Assembly: GCA_032718475.1 (NCBI GenBank)
Contig: JAUCBJ010003208.1
Location: forward strand, 1-62,680
Source of the DNA: Nemertoderma westbladi
Lineage: Eukaryota > Animalia > Xenacoelomorpha
Reading direction: 5' to 3'
DNA: 62,680 bases
Shown here: piece by piece, positions 62,441 to 62,680 of the stretch
Layout of the letters: each line of letters starts with the position of its first letter
Numbering within the stretch: the stretch's first letter is position 1
The notes under the pieces: model-generated
Database searches by the model: none
What the model was told of the DNA's origin: nothing
The model's input: only the letters and a program-made list of their open reading frames with translations
Position numbers and translations under genes: made by a program

Positions 62441-62680
62441 AACAAAGTTGGTTCGTCACAAACATTCTGTGCTAAACTATCAACATTTATAGCATCTATT
62501 CTAACATGGCAGATCTGCGCAATTTAATATAAGATGTTATTTTACATATTAACTATTTATTTATTTGGAATTATTTATAATTATGCACTTCAACTTTCTA
62601 GAACATACAACCTTGTAACATGAAAGAAAGCATGACTTGTTATTAATTAATTATAAACAATTTAATCTCGTACCAAATTA

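Overview
AT-rich, repeat-dense animal (invertebrate metazoan) genomic DNA with spliceosomal GT-AG introns. The species cannot be determined from the sequence alone. Host genes: the 5' four coding exons of a KMT2E/MLL5(upSET)-type PHD gene (- strand, continuing past the left edge), a two-exon CEP135, an RPS3 with no CDS introns, two exons of a C3orf84/HDNR-family gene that the ORF track misses, an antisense intronless FBXO39-like LRR ORF apparently nested in that gene's intron, and two orphan ORFs. The rest is nested non-autonomous DNA transposons with visible TIRs and TSDs (Sola2-, MULE-, hAT-, Harbinger- and Helentron-like), P-element, CRE, RTE and LINE relics, tRNA-derived SINEs and about 12 tandem arrays. 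Most interesting patterns: (1) pervasive TA-flanked micro-insertions (TACAGTA, TACCGGTA, TAGGCCTA) that behave like Tc1/mariner-type excision scars and appear densest near gene 5' ends; (2) a ~55-68 bp core shared by foldback elements with unrelated TIRs and amplified into a satellite; (3) minisatellites traceable to a SINE body, a LINE 3' end and a splice donor; (4) a ~146-bp-periodic array of CTCF-like motifs; (5) a perfect 56-bp palindrome with its own TSD. Family assignments come from recalled motif similarity, not from database searches.
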